Source of the DNA: Amoebophrya sp. A120
Lineage: Eukaryota; Protista; Dinoflagellata
DNA: 25,327 nt
Direction of reading: 5' to 3'
Assembly (NCBI GenBank): GCA_905178155.1
Contig: CAJINV010000052.1
Location: 1-25,327 of the forward strand
Shown here: in pieces, positions 1-10,670 of the stretch
Numbering within the stretch: the first letter of the stretch is position 1
How the letters are laid out: each line of letters opens with the position of its first letter
Notes under the pieces: model-generated
Databases searched by the model: none
Seen by the model: the letters and a program-made list of their open reading frames with translations, nothing else
Told to the model about the DNA's origin: nothing
Translations under genes and position numbers: made by a program

Positions 1-157
1 TCGTTTCGAAACTCCACTGCAGGGAGTCGGGGGAGGTACCGACGTGGCGTCAGTGGTAGTTGTAAAACAATTTAGAAGATGAGCAACAGAATGGTCCTAC
101 TCTACGGCATAGCTCCCCCTGTTCTACATTGATGGATCTCAGGCAACAAGACAAAGT

Positions 158-178
158 CTTGAGCCAAAATGGCTACGG
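158..178 (-). other. Dinoflagellate spliced-leader (DinoSL) relic, CCGTAGCCATTTTGGCTCAAG
   Basis: The plus strand reads CTTGAGCCAAAATGGCTACGG, the exact reverse complement of the conserved DinoSL (D)CCGTAGCCATTTTGGCTCAAG. It is followed by AC, not the GT donor of an SL RNA gene, so it is a relic or retrocopy. Confidence 0.9.
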
Positions 179-263
179 GTTTACATTCTTGGAGAGCCTG
201 CATGGAGAGCCTGCATGACAGGTTTACATTCTTCCAGATGTATAGACGTATTTGCATTTGATA
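179..263. mobile_element. Truncated family-A introner (right end only)
   Basis: GCATGACA...CTTCCAGATGTATAGACGTATTTGCATTTGATA matches the family-A right end. The left part is missing and the element abuts the SL relic. Confidence 0.7.
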
Positions 264-278
264 CTGAAGGGGTTGTCG

Positions 279-3200
279 CTAAACATGGAGGTGTTCACAT
301 TGTCGTCCCACGAAATGGATCCTGTGCAAAAGTATCGCACTCGTAGTAGTAATCGCAGTAATGCATTACAAATTTCTTTCTTAAGTTAAATCCGCATTAC
401 AAATTTTATTTCTCAAACTGAGGAAATTTGTCATGCGATTTATACTAGTAAGTACGATGCTTTGCATTTGATAAAATGGAGCGGTTGTTGAGGAAGGCAT
501 TGTTCGTCCCATTCATCGGACTGTCGTCGTCGAAATTTCGAGTGAAGCCGCCCTGGGAATTTGTGAAAGTGCTTATCCTCCTGGTCCTTGCCATCCTCGC
601 CCGGCGAGGGGGGAAGGCGAAACCTCGCAACGTCGGGTTGCATCACCCCTTTCTCGTACCACTCGTTGCAGGTATTCAAAAGTGGCTGAAGTACGTTAGC
701 CGAAGCATCTCTTCTTCCCGTCTGGTCGTGGAGGAAGCCCACACGAGAGACCAACGCCGGCAGATACACGTATTTGATCAGCAGGTACTGCTCCGAGAAT
801 TTGAATACGTTTAACGCATCCGGCGGCAGGCCTGGGAGACCGGACTTTACGCGCTCATCTTCCTGCCTGGCTGCCATGTCCGCATCTCGGATGGCGATTT
901 GAAAAAGGGACTCGTACTTCTGCGCTGTTTTGGAAGATGCGGAGGAACTTCTCTGTGAGGCCGACGGCCCCTTGTGATCTCCGTTGAAATTGAAGCCTAT
1001 GCATTGCAAAAATGTCTGGGGCTGGAACGAAGCAACTTGTCATGCTAAATCTGAATCATGTGAAAATCTGTGTTGCATGATTCCCAAAAGCCATCCACTT
1101 TTGACCTAATCGAGAGACAATTTCTTATGCAGGATAGACATGATAGAACTTCCACAGAATCTGTCATGCTATGTCCTACCTACCTGACCGCACGGGCCAT
1201 GGAAAACCTGCATGACAAGTCTGGCATTCTTCCAGACCCAGACATTTTTGCATTTGATAAAACCGATTCCCGCACGATTTGGGTTCTCCGTTTCCTGCTC
1301 GAAGGCCGATTTGTACCGGTTCACGAGCATATGGATTGTAAAAGTGTCTGGGTCTGGAAGGTTGCAACTTGTCATGCTAATTCTGGATCATGCAAAAATC
1401 TGTGTTGCATGAGTGCCAACAGCTGTCCACTTTCGACCAAGTTGGCAGGGAGTTTCTCATGCAGGATAGGCATGGTAGGGATCTCACAGAATCTGTCATG
1501 CTGGGTCTCGCATTCCAGACCTCATGGCTCATGGAAAATATGCATGACAATGCTAGAAATCTTCCAGACCCAGACATTTTTGCATTCGATAGAGCACGAT
1601 TAGCTGCGAAGCCCAGTTGTGAAAATCCTGGGCCAGGAGGTGGTGGACCTCGCGCCAGTCTTGTTGGCCCCAAAAATTGACGATTGTAGATTCGCGAGTT
1701 CTACAACTACTTCCGTGGTTGGCGTGGGCGGCGAGAGCAGCAAACACTTTTTGTGCAACGGGAAGTGCGCAGATGGTTCCCGACCAGTCGTGCAAAAGCA
1801 TTGCTAGCACGTCGACCAGCGATTGCTGGGCCAGCCTGCCGACCGTCTCGTACATAACGCGCGTGATGGTGTCTATCTTCGCGCAGCTCTCCTCGGTGCC
1901 GGAATCATCGCGCCTGAAGAGGAGAGTTGCAAGCTCGTCCATTTTCGCTAGGTAAATATCCAGAATTTCTCGAAGCTCGTCGTCATGCGCAACGACCGGC
2001 TGTCGCTCAATCTCGGTCTCGGCAACACCACGATACGAGCGGGAGAGTATCTTCGCGGAGGCGCGATCAGGACTGCGGCCTTGCAATTTTTGAATGCAGC
2101 CTCCAACCATGAGAGGGGAGCCAGACCGCTCCACGCACGCCAGATTCGTAAGCATTGCAATGCTAGATCGCCGAACCAAGTGCAAGCACGCGGGCTTCAG
2201 CTTGAGCTGAGCGCTTTCTTTCTTCTCGCCGTAGTAAGGCAACAAATTTACCACGTAGCGCTTGCAGGCTTCCCGCTCCCCCGCTGACAGAGTTGTGTCC
2301 GATACTTCTCCAACAACCTCTGCATACCGGCCATTCAACTCTGGACGCGACTGTAGATCCTGTACCAAAATTAGGTCACCTTTGAAAAAAAGCGACGACG
2401 CTAACATTTTTGCGTGGTCTTGTTCAGCGGTCTTCTTTTTGATTCGCAGAAAACGGTGCGAGCCACGTTCACTTATCGGACACTGCTCGCACTTCGTTAG
2501 CATGTACTGGTAGACCGGGGTGATCGAGACCAGAAACCAGGCACTCACCGTGAACAGTTCTATTTGTTGAAGCAGCGCGACGCCGGTTTCCTTGTCGAGC
2601 GCACGCAGGTCCAAGACCTTTGTGTCGGTGTCGTCCGGAACATCAGCCGTGCTCCGGTTTCGCTGAATTTCTGCCAGGAGTTTGTACGGGTCGTCTTTCT
2701 GCTCAGCCGCAAATTTCTTCACGACTCGATCCACTTTATCATAGAGTTTGTCCAAGCGCTCCTCGTCCTTAATGTCATCGAAGTCATCGGGGTCATCACC
2801 CCATTCTTGTTTCATCTGCCTGCGCACCATCTTTTCTGTGAGAATTTCTCCGTACTGCAATTCCTGTTGGCGTTCTGGGACCCCCCTCGCGAACTCGACC
2901 AACAAACGGCGGACTGCTCCATACAGGTTCCGTAACGCAAAGCCCCGAAGTTGCCGCGGATCGTCCTCTTCCTCCAGCGGATCCTGAAGAACGGTAATGC
3001 AGGACATCATCATGTTGTCAACATGCACGCTCATCTCCCCAACTGCGTTCAGTGGAATCACGCCAGACATTGTTCCGCGAAGTATGTAATCGGAAATACT
3101 CCTGTTGGCCGGGTCTGCTGTCCCTGTAAAAAGTACGTAAGAGGCGCCGAAAGCCCCTTGCGCTGCAACCTGTCGGTCCTGCAACTCCCTTTGCAATCTG

Positions 3201-4436
3201 AGTTTCGCGTCCTCGGATGCGTTCGCGGCCTGCTGTCGTAAAAAGAAGCTCGCCACGCCATCCCTACTTGCGATTTTTGCTTTGGCCGAAACAATCTTCT
3301 CGTTACACCGCACTGTCCGTCCGTCTGCTGTTGACGTGCCAAGAACCTTCCACGAGTCGGGTGAGATTTCTCTCAGTGGTACTCCGAAAGCCGCTACGAG
3401 AACTTCCAGTGTCTTCTTCGTTTCCTCAAATTTGCAGTAGGTAAAAAACTCCTCTCGGAGCCGAGAGATGATCAAAACCGCACACAGCGCGAATCCGGCG
3501 GCGAAATTCTTCACGACATAATCGCGCGGCAAAAACTTCTTTTCCGTCGCTTCCGCGATGAACTTGTAGGCATCTATGATTGAATCCAGGTACACGTTGG
3601 CTGCGTGCAGCTTTTGCGTGAGGTCCCGGTTCTCCTCAATTGAAGCAGGCACGGTGTTTGCCTCGCCATAGCGATCCACCGCGACGACTCTTTCTACTTC
3701 TGCAGTTGAATCGCCCGCGCTGCAATCTTGATCCACATGTCCTCCTGTCGCTCCCGCACTTGCCCGGTCTTTGTCCAGTACCTGCTGTGCATTTCCCCTA
3801 GCAGGTACAAGATCTGCCACAGGCCGTTCGTTTCGTTCTGCGACACGTAGTATGGATTGCAAAAGTGTCTGCGTCTGGAACAATGCAGGAATTTGTCATG
3901 CAGATTTTGCATGACCGATGAGGTCTGTGATGCATGCCCTAGCATCAGAGATTTTGCGAGGGCTTTCATCACATGCTCATACCGCATGAGAAATGCCCTC
4001 TCCACGTAGCACAAATTACACCTCTTTTGCTGTTCATGCAATACAGATTTTATGTAGATTCCAAAAGTAGCATCACAAGTTGCATTCTTCCAGACCCAGA
4101 CACTTTTGCATTTGATGCGTAGCCGCTGTCAACGACACGAAAAACCCGCGCGTCAATTACCGCTACCAGCAAGAAGTCCAGCGTTTCCTTGGTTTCTTCC
4201 GAAAGCAGGTCGAAAGAAAAGGCAGTACGCGGCTCACCTCGCGAAGAACCAGACTGGCTGCCAGACGAGGTGGACTGCTTGGCCGATGGAAGTGGAGGAT
4301 TTTTCGCGTCTGAAGATTCAATATTCGACAAAAAAGCCTGGTTGCCGTTCGTTTCTTGCGTCGTCGTCGTCGTCGTCGCGCCAGGTGTTGTTCCTGACGC
4401 AGAAGGAGGTCGAGGTTGTGCAGTTCTAGCGCACAT
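279..4436 (-). CDS. Large hypothetical protein with 4 introner introns and one apparent frameshift near 3696; contains an SH3/KOW-like 'SRPELNG...RYVV...LKP' motif
   Basis: Exons are about 4436-4118, 3845-1592, 1324-1260, 992-474 and 312-279. The joins read SQLIVL|VNRYKSAF and AGIGF|NFNGDHKG in frame. The 5' join gives DSGY|VSQNETNGLW...QLQK*, one base out of frame with the 776-aa ORF. The frame at the 3' end is ambiguous. Confidence 0.7.
318..473. mobile_element. Family-B introner, 156 bp, DR AAATG/AAATG
   Basis: Ends are GATCCTGTGCAAAAGTATCG and CGATGCTTTGCATTTGATA. Internal GCATTACAA motifs are present. Homologous to 21869-22028 and 23495-23644. Confidence 0.85.
998..1259. mobile_element. 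Family-A introner, 262 bp, DR AAGCC/AAACC
   Basis: TIRs are TATGCATTGCAAAAATGTCTGGG and CCCAGACATTTTTGCATTTGATA. Removal restores the frame. Confidence 0.92.
1330..1591. mobile_element. Family-A introner, 262 bp, DR GAGCA/GAGCA
   Basis: TIRs plus a perfect 5-bp DR. Removal restores the frame. Highly similar to 22166-22432. Confidence 0.95.
3851..4117. mobile_element. Family-A introner, 267 bp, DR CGTAG/CGTAG, inverted relative to 22485-22747 and 23711-23975
   Basis: TIRs plus a perfect DR. The AAAATCTGTATTGCATGA motif is on the opposite strand, near the right end. Confidence 0.92.
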
Positions 4437-5017
4437 GGTTTTTTACACTGTATTCTTCCCTAGTCCGTAAGTCCGAATCTTTCAAAATCCGAACTCTCCT
4501 GGGTTTTGCCCTTCGCTTCCCTCGAGCTCTCGGTGCAAAAATTTGACCTTGGCCTACCTACAATACGAGGAGATTTCTTTCGTCGAGGAACAGAAAGCGG
4601 TACCGAATCGAAACAACGAACACAAAGCATCAAAAGGAAAAATCCACCATCCCCATATCGAAAAGGAAATTTCTGATGCGAGATTTGCGTTACGCAGCGT
4701 ACACAAATTCAGGGGCCCAAACATTAACCGGACTAAGTTGCAGTTCTTCCTGCGCTTTGGAACTTTCTTGTAAGTCGTGCTCCTGCTCTGCGACTCGTCC
4801 GCGGATGCAGACGCAGGAGGCAGCATGAATTTACATTGCAGCTGGTGCGAGAGGTTGAAGTACTTCTTTCCGCCTTCTCAAATTTTTTGATGGCTGACAG
4901 CCAACAGTGCTTTGAGCGTCAGCAGATTCACCTTTTGCCGGAAATCCCCACCGAAAGCTTCATCAAGAATCGCGCGTAGCTGCCTACAACAGCTTTCCAC
5001 CATTCCCATGCTGTGCA

Positions 5018-6053
5018 TCAGGTCGTAGATGACCTCCGTGTGAAACTCGTCAGCAACCTGGTTCCATTTGGGCAGGTCGTCGTCGTCGCGCCAGGTGTTG
5101 TTCCTGACGCAGAAGGAGGTTGTGCAACAAGCACCAAATGATAATTACCGGGTAAATCTCTTGACTTCATGTCCTTCAGCAGGCGACCGCTGAAGCGCTT
5201 GTGTTCGTACAGGAACTGCTTCAGGACGCGCTCTGCCAGCTCATGCTGCGCATCCCCGAGCAGGTCGTACACATGGGAAATGATTCCTCCAGCGATTTGC
5301 TCCGCTACCTCAGACTGGCTTTTGCAGCTGGCCTTCCCTCCATCCGACGGAGCTGCTTCTGCGTCCTCGCCCAGTCGCGTCTCAGTGACCAAGATCGGGT
5401 GCTCTTGCCAGGCCAGCTTTCTGTTCGCACGCAGGTCTGCTGGTGCTTGTTCGTCAGTATTCGTTGTAACACTCTTCCTCGTGGTCCGGGGGGCGGGCCC
5501 AGCTTCCGCCTGTCTGGCGGCTGCGGCGTCGTTTGCGTTCTGCAGTTCCGCCTCGCGACGAGTTTTTTTCAGGTCGAGCTCTTCCCGTTCCAGCTCGCGT
5601 TTCCGGACTTGCAACATGGTGAGACGCCACGTCTCCTGACTTACCAAATTTTTGGAGTGCACCGAAACCGGAATGACCTTGTATCCTTCCCGCTTGAAAA
5701 TGCGGCCTATGACAGTGCACAACTTGTTCCCCTCCCTCTCATCTGAAAGGCGTGACCAGCAAAAGAAACGCAACCGAATATATAAGCCTGCGCATGTGCA
5801 TGACAAGTTGCTGCCTGCTACATAAACTGCATCAGCATAATGTGTTTCCGCTGCTGGGATTTGTCATGCAGACAGGGCAAAACAGAAACGGCATTTGCAT
5901 GGCAATTGAGGGAAAAGCGGAGTTGTGCATTCTCATACGGTGGCTGCCGCATGTGTGATCCTTCACCCAGCCCTTCTCTTGCAAAATTTTCTCCAGGTCG
6001 ACCAGCCTGTACGTAGGGGGAGTGTCGGACTCCTCCTGGTGCGCAACAGCCAT
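5018..6053 (-). CDS. Hypothetical protein with a coiled-coil stretch; two exons joined across a degenerate element; 3' end uncertain
   Basis: ORF 5832..6053 (MAVAHQEES...CGSHR) can join ORF 5018..5806 (LRFFCWSRL...RKRELEREELDLKK) in frame if about 5775-5937 is removed. Protein-like sequence continues in another frame below 5075. Confidence 0.5.
5780..5937. mobile_element. Degenerate introner-like element, about 158 bp
   Basis: Contains GCATGACAA and TTGTCATGC motifs and a TGCATTCTCATA right end. Its size matches family B and removal joins two ORFs in frame, but the DR is poorly conserved (2/5). Confidence 0.4.
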
Positions 6054-6557
6054 CTTGTTCTGACTTCGATTTTTACAACCGCTGCTGGATGCAAAAAAAA
6101 GGCTGTTGGAACGACTATTGTCGAAAAAACGCGAGAAACATCAAAGCAAAGGGCGAAATAAGGAAAGCTCCATTATTCGATGCACAAAGGTCAACTCTAA
6201 AAATCACTAGAAGAGGAGTACATAACGCAACTCTTTAAACCCCAATGCTATTGCTTACATTTTGAAAGGCCACATCGGGTATGGTTCCGTTTGAAAACGT
6301 ACTGCAAGTACAAAAGCACACGATCATCATCACTAGGAGATAGACTGTCTGTTGTTGGTCACGGGAGCTCAAGTGGGTACGAAAATGGAGCCTTGTTGAA
6401 ATTCTAGCGCACTTTTCAGACGATGGGGTACCCGATTCTGTTCAGCGTCGAACCGTTTGCTCTGATGCGTTTTTGTTCTTCTTTGAATGGACGATGGGCC
6501 GCTATCTATCACACGACCACAGGTATTAAAGGCAGCCGAGCTGAACGAAGGTGACGG

Positions 6558-6829
6558 CTCAACTCCCGGATAATCGCTTTTTGGATTTTGTCCCGGAGAA
6601 GCCAAAAATGTCCACATCAGACACGAATGCTTCTGAATCACGACCGATATCTGCTGGACCGAAAATCTGTCTTGCGCAAGAAGCATGACAAAAAGTGGGA
6701 AGGGAGCGATTATCGGGAATCCCCGATAATCGCTCAACTCCCGGAAACCGACTTGCGGATAATCGCTCTTTTGAGTTTGTCCCAGAGAAGCCAAAAGTGT
6801 TCACATCAGACACGAATGCTTCTGAATCA
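6558..6829. repeat. Two diverged direct repeats (about 6558-6640 and 6733-6829) around a perfect 14-bp-arm palindrome (6704-6735)
   Basis: Both copies share CTCAACTCCCGGA...CACATCAGACACGAATGCTTCTGAATCA. The palindrome is GAGCGATTATCGGG-AATC-CCCGATAATCGCTC. Confidence 0.85.
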
Positions 6830-6842
6830 TTTACGATTTAGG

Positions 6843-8225
6843 CTTTTTCGTGCCAGCTGTCCACAAGATGTCACTTTTGCCAGGAGCGATATACGCAAAA
6901 ATCTTGTTTTTGAATATTCTGGTGCAATCCTGGTTTTTTCGTGCCATCTGTCCACAAGATGTCACTTTTAGCAGAAGCGAGATACGCAAAAAACTTGTTT
7001 TTGAATATTCTGCAATCCTGGTTTTTTCGTGCCATCTGTCCACAAGATGTCACTTTTACCAGGAGCGAAGTACGCAAAAATCTTGTTTTTGAATATTCTG
7101 CAATCCTGGTTTTTTCGTGCCATCTGTCCACAAGATGTCACTTTTACCAGGAGCGAAATACGCAAAATTCTTGTTTTTGAATATTCTGCAATCCTGGTTT
7201 TTTCGTGCCATCTGTCCACAACATGTCACTTTTACCAGGAGCGAAATACGCAAAAATCTTGTTTTTGAATATTCTGCAATCCTGGTTTTTTCGTGCCATC
7301 TGTCCACAAGATGTCACTTTTACCAGGAGCGAAATACGCAAAAATCTTGTTTTTGAATATTCTGCAATCCTGGTTTTTTCGTGCCATCTGTCCACAAGAT
7401 GTCACTTTTACCAGGAGCGAGATACGCAAAAAACTTGTTTTTGAATATTCTGCAATCCTGGTTTTTTCGTGCCATCTGTCCACAAGATGTCACTTTTACC
7501 AGGAGCGAAATACGCAAAAAACTTGTTTTTGAATATTCTGCAATCCTGGTTTTTTCGTGCCATCTGTCCACAAGATGTCACTTTTACCAGGAGCGAAATA
7601 CGCAAAAAACTTGTTTTTGAATATTCTGCAATCCTGGTTTTTTCGTGCCATCTGTCCACAAGATGTCACTTTTACCAGGAGCGAAATACGCAAAAAACTT
7701 GTTTTTGAATATTCTGCAATCCTGGTTTTTTCGTGCCATCTGTCCACAAGATGTCACTTTTACCAGGAGCGAAATACGCAAAAAACTTGTTTTTGAATAT
7801 TCTGCAATCCTGGTTTTTTCGTGCCATCTGTCCACAAGATGTCACTTTTACCAGGAGCGAAATACGCAAAAAACTTGTTTTTGAATATTCTGCAATCCTG
7901 GTTTTTTCGTGCCATCTGTCCACAAGATGTCACTTTTACCAGGAGCGAAATACGCAAAAAACTTGTTTTTGAATATTCTGCAATCCTGGTTTTTTCGTGC
8001 CATCTGTCCACAAGATGTCACTTTTACCAGGAGCGAGATACGCAAAAAAGTTGTTTTTGAATATTCTGCAATCCTGGTCTTTTCGTGCCATCTGTCCACA
8101 AGATGTCACTTTTGCCAGGAGCGAGATACGCAAAAAACTTGTTTTTGAATATTCTGCAATCCTGGTTTTTTCGTGCCATCTGTCCACAAGATGTAACTTT
8201 TACCAGGGCCAGAGTACGCAAAAAA
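6843..8225. repeat. Tandem array of an 88-bp unit, about 15.6 copies, near-identical in the centre
   Basis: The unit GTGCCATCTGTCCACAAGATGTCACTTTTACCAGGAGCGAAATACGCAAAAAACTTGTTTTTGAATATTCTGCAATCCTGGTTTTTTC starts at 6850, 6941, 7029, 7117 ... 8173. Confidence 0.98.
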
Positions 8226-9001
8226 GTTCACTTTCAACATTCCGCATGAAGGATCAGCTTGGGCGACCGGGGGTTTCTTGCGAAACATGTCGACAGCGAA
8301 CACAATTGTAAAGCGGTGTTTCGCTATTGCTTTATATCTATGACAAGATAGCCGTAGCTTCTGCTGTCGTCCCAGTTTGTTCACGCAACTAGTTCAGGAT
8401 ATCTATGGTAAACTATGTGGAAACTCTATTTGGCTCCTTCTTTGTCACCATCATGTAAGTACTCTAGCGTTACCTACGAGGGTCGTTCCGGCTTTTAGTC
8501 ATCAATTTTTGTGCAAACCTTTAACATGAGCTGCGGTTCGTGAATCTACCATATCTTTCGGCTCGTTGTGCGAAAAGGAAACAAATATGGAGACAGTAGC
8601 ACGACGTTTTTCATATAAAGTCTATATCTAGCAGTATCAATGATCTAGCACAACATGACACGACTGGCAAATTAATTGTACATCAAGAATCGCCATTTTC
8701 GTTTGAATTCTAGCTTCAGCAGCCCATTTCATTTTGCAAAGCTAGCGGAAATCGTTTTTAGCGGTCTTGGTATTCTTCTTCATTATATGCGTATCATTGA
8801 ATCTAAAATTACTGGGATGAAAACGCGGTGGTGGTCCTAGTCGTTGAAATTCCCGAGAAAGCGGCTCATCACGTTCACGACTCGGCTTCTTCGCCGTATG
8901 CAACCACGCCAGAGAAAAGCCCATCATCCACAGCTTGCTCAACTTCGTTTGCAGAAAATTTGGAATTTTCATCAAGCGATAAATGCATAGATGCATGATC
9001 C

Positions 9002-10100
9002 TTATCTGTCATGTGCTCGTCGGTCGTCCGCAGGACGGATCCGGTAATACCATGATTTCAAATCAATCTCAAGTAAATAGGTCTTGACCACCACACGTAG
9101 AACCCACGAGAGGTGGTTTTTCTCAGTACATAACGGTGGCGAAAAATTTGATTCCTCTTCCTCAGCGGCCTCCGAGCCCGGGGAGTCCGCTTCCTCGTTA
9201 GCGCCATTCGATGCGATTTTCATTTTGACCAGTGGTTTGATGACGTTGTGGTCTATACCGCAGTGCAAAAGCGTCGCAAGAAGTGTACATTTTGCACATC
9301 CACCAAAATGATATATTGCGAGTAAGTGAATTCTTTCATCTACGAGCACAGCAAGTGGCTTGCCTTCACTACAAAAACGCGCTCTGTACAAAAAAAAACG
9401 GGGATTTTGCAACACGGGATAGAGTCGGGCTTGAACAGCGAGTATCCGATGCAAGCAAGTCTGGGTCTGGAAACTTGTGATGCGGGTTGGACATTCATGA
9501 GAACACTATGCCTCAACTGACGGCGAAGCATGACCACAAGTTTTTGCGCTGGTAGATATTGCCTACTCTACATGGCTAATCGCATTTATTTAGCATGACA
9601 GGCAATTGGGGTCGTGTTTGGGCAATTTACACGACAGGGTTAAGAGTTCGCGTCGCTATTCGAGCATGACAAACAATTCATTCTTCCAGACCCAGACCTA
9701 TTTGCAATGTATAGCGAGACGGAAAAGGTCGTGGTGGTGCTGGACGAGGAGGTCGTCCCAGTGCCCGAATCGGTATCAAGTGCAACTATGTCTGGGCCCG
9801 GACGGATCGATGCAACGTTAGCCATGCTTGTCTGGCATGAGTGAAGAGTTCGCGATGCGTTTTGAAGAAGAAACCCTTTCTCTTGTCATGCAAAGTCGCC
9901 TTCTGTGATGCAAAAAGGTCAATACTAACCCGCGCAAATATTTCCCATGCTTGGCTGTGCATTGCAGAGCATCGGCATTCACTATTCACGCCTATGCATA
10001 ATTACAAGTTTCCAGACCCAGACGTATTTGCAATCCATAGTCGGCACCAGAGGCGGCAGGCGAACCCCTCGAGTTCTCCGTCTCCGTATCAAGGCAAATA
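9002..10100 (-). CDS. Probable coding region interrupted by two introners; frame and strand not resolved
   Basis: Removing 9443-9713 and 9774-10039 leaves open frames on both strands. It may be the 3' part of the gene starting at 11644. Confidence 0.3.
9443..9713. mobile_element. Family-A introner, 271 bp, DR GCGAG/GCGAG
   Basis: Ends are TATCCGATGCAAGCAAGTCTGGGTCTGGAA and TTCCAGACCCAGACCTATTTGCAATGTATA. Confidence 0.92.
9774..10039. mobile_element. Family-A introner, 266 bp, DR ATCGG/GTCGG
   Basis: Ends are TATCAAGTGCAACTATGTCTGGG and CCAGACCCAGACGTATTTGCAATCCATA. Confidence 0.88.
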
Positions 10101-10670
10101 AAACGCTTTCTCGTCTGCCTTGCGCATTCGGTCGTATGATTTCAGGTTGCACGTACAAAAATTTACATTGACTTTATCGAAAATACGTACCATGACAGAA
10201 AGCTTTCATCCGTTAAAACAGCCACCATGACTTTATCTTTATTCGTGCCCTTGCTTCGAGTTTCGGAAAAATGGCACATCAGCAGGCATTTTCTCTTTTG
10301 TGTGTGAAAAGCGAGAGTAGGGAAACGTTTTCGGCGCAGCATACGGAGGGGCATCTCCAGAGTTGGCGTTCTTCCCTCCCCCCAGAGTTGGCGCTTCCGG
10401 ATGCAGACTACACATTACCACCATGGTTCCGATCACAGTGATATCAAGATCAAAACTTTCGCAGAGGGATTCATTCGTCACAAACAGCAATGCACAAAAG
10501 GTGGGCCCCTGAGAAAGTCCAGTCGTCTGCAATAACAAAGTCTTGCGAAGAGAACATAGAAAAGGATGCTAGAATAGCAGCTTAGCTATGCGACTAGAAG
10601 AAAGCCTGGCGAAGCAGCAGGCTCTCTCCATCTCCACGGAATAAAATTTTTTGCACATAGGGTTGCAACT

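Noticed and set aside
100-178. SL RNA gene
   Set aside because: There is no GT donor after the leader; the sequence continues AAG|ACTTTG.
998-1259. Tc1/mariner-type TA target duplication
   Set aside because: The TA belongs to the element ends. A separate, variable 5-bp duplication lies outside it, and removing the element plus 5 bp is what restores the frames.
1070-1680. Recurrent peptides (FQTQTF, PDPDIFAF, MSGSGR, VWVWK) suggesting a protein family
   Set aside because: They are translations of the TIR in different frames, not genes.
1553-3883. The 776-aa ORF as the transposase mobilising the elements
   Set aside because: No DDE or other recombinase motif is recognisable. The TIRs on either side belong to separate elements that each have their own DRs.
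6843-8225. CRISPR array
   Set aside because: The units are identical end to end with no unique spacers, there are no cas genes, and the context is eukaryotic.
6831-8384. Series of 79-86 aa ORFs on both strands
   Set aside because: These are artefacts of an 88-bp period cycling through the reading frames. The same applies to the ORFs in 19299-20874.
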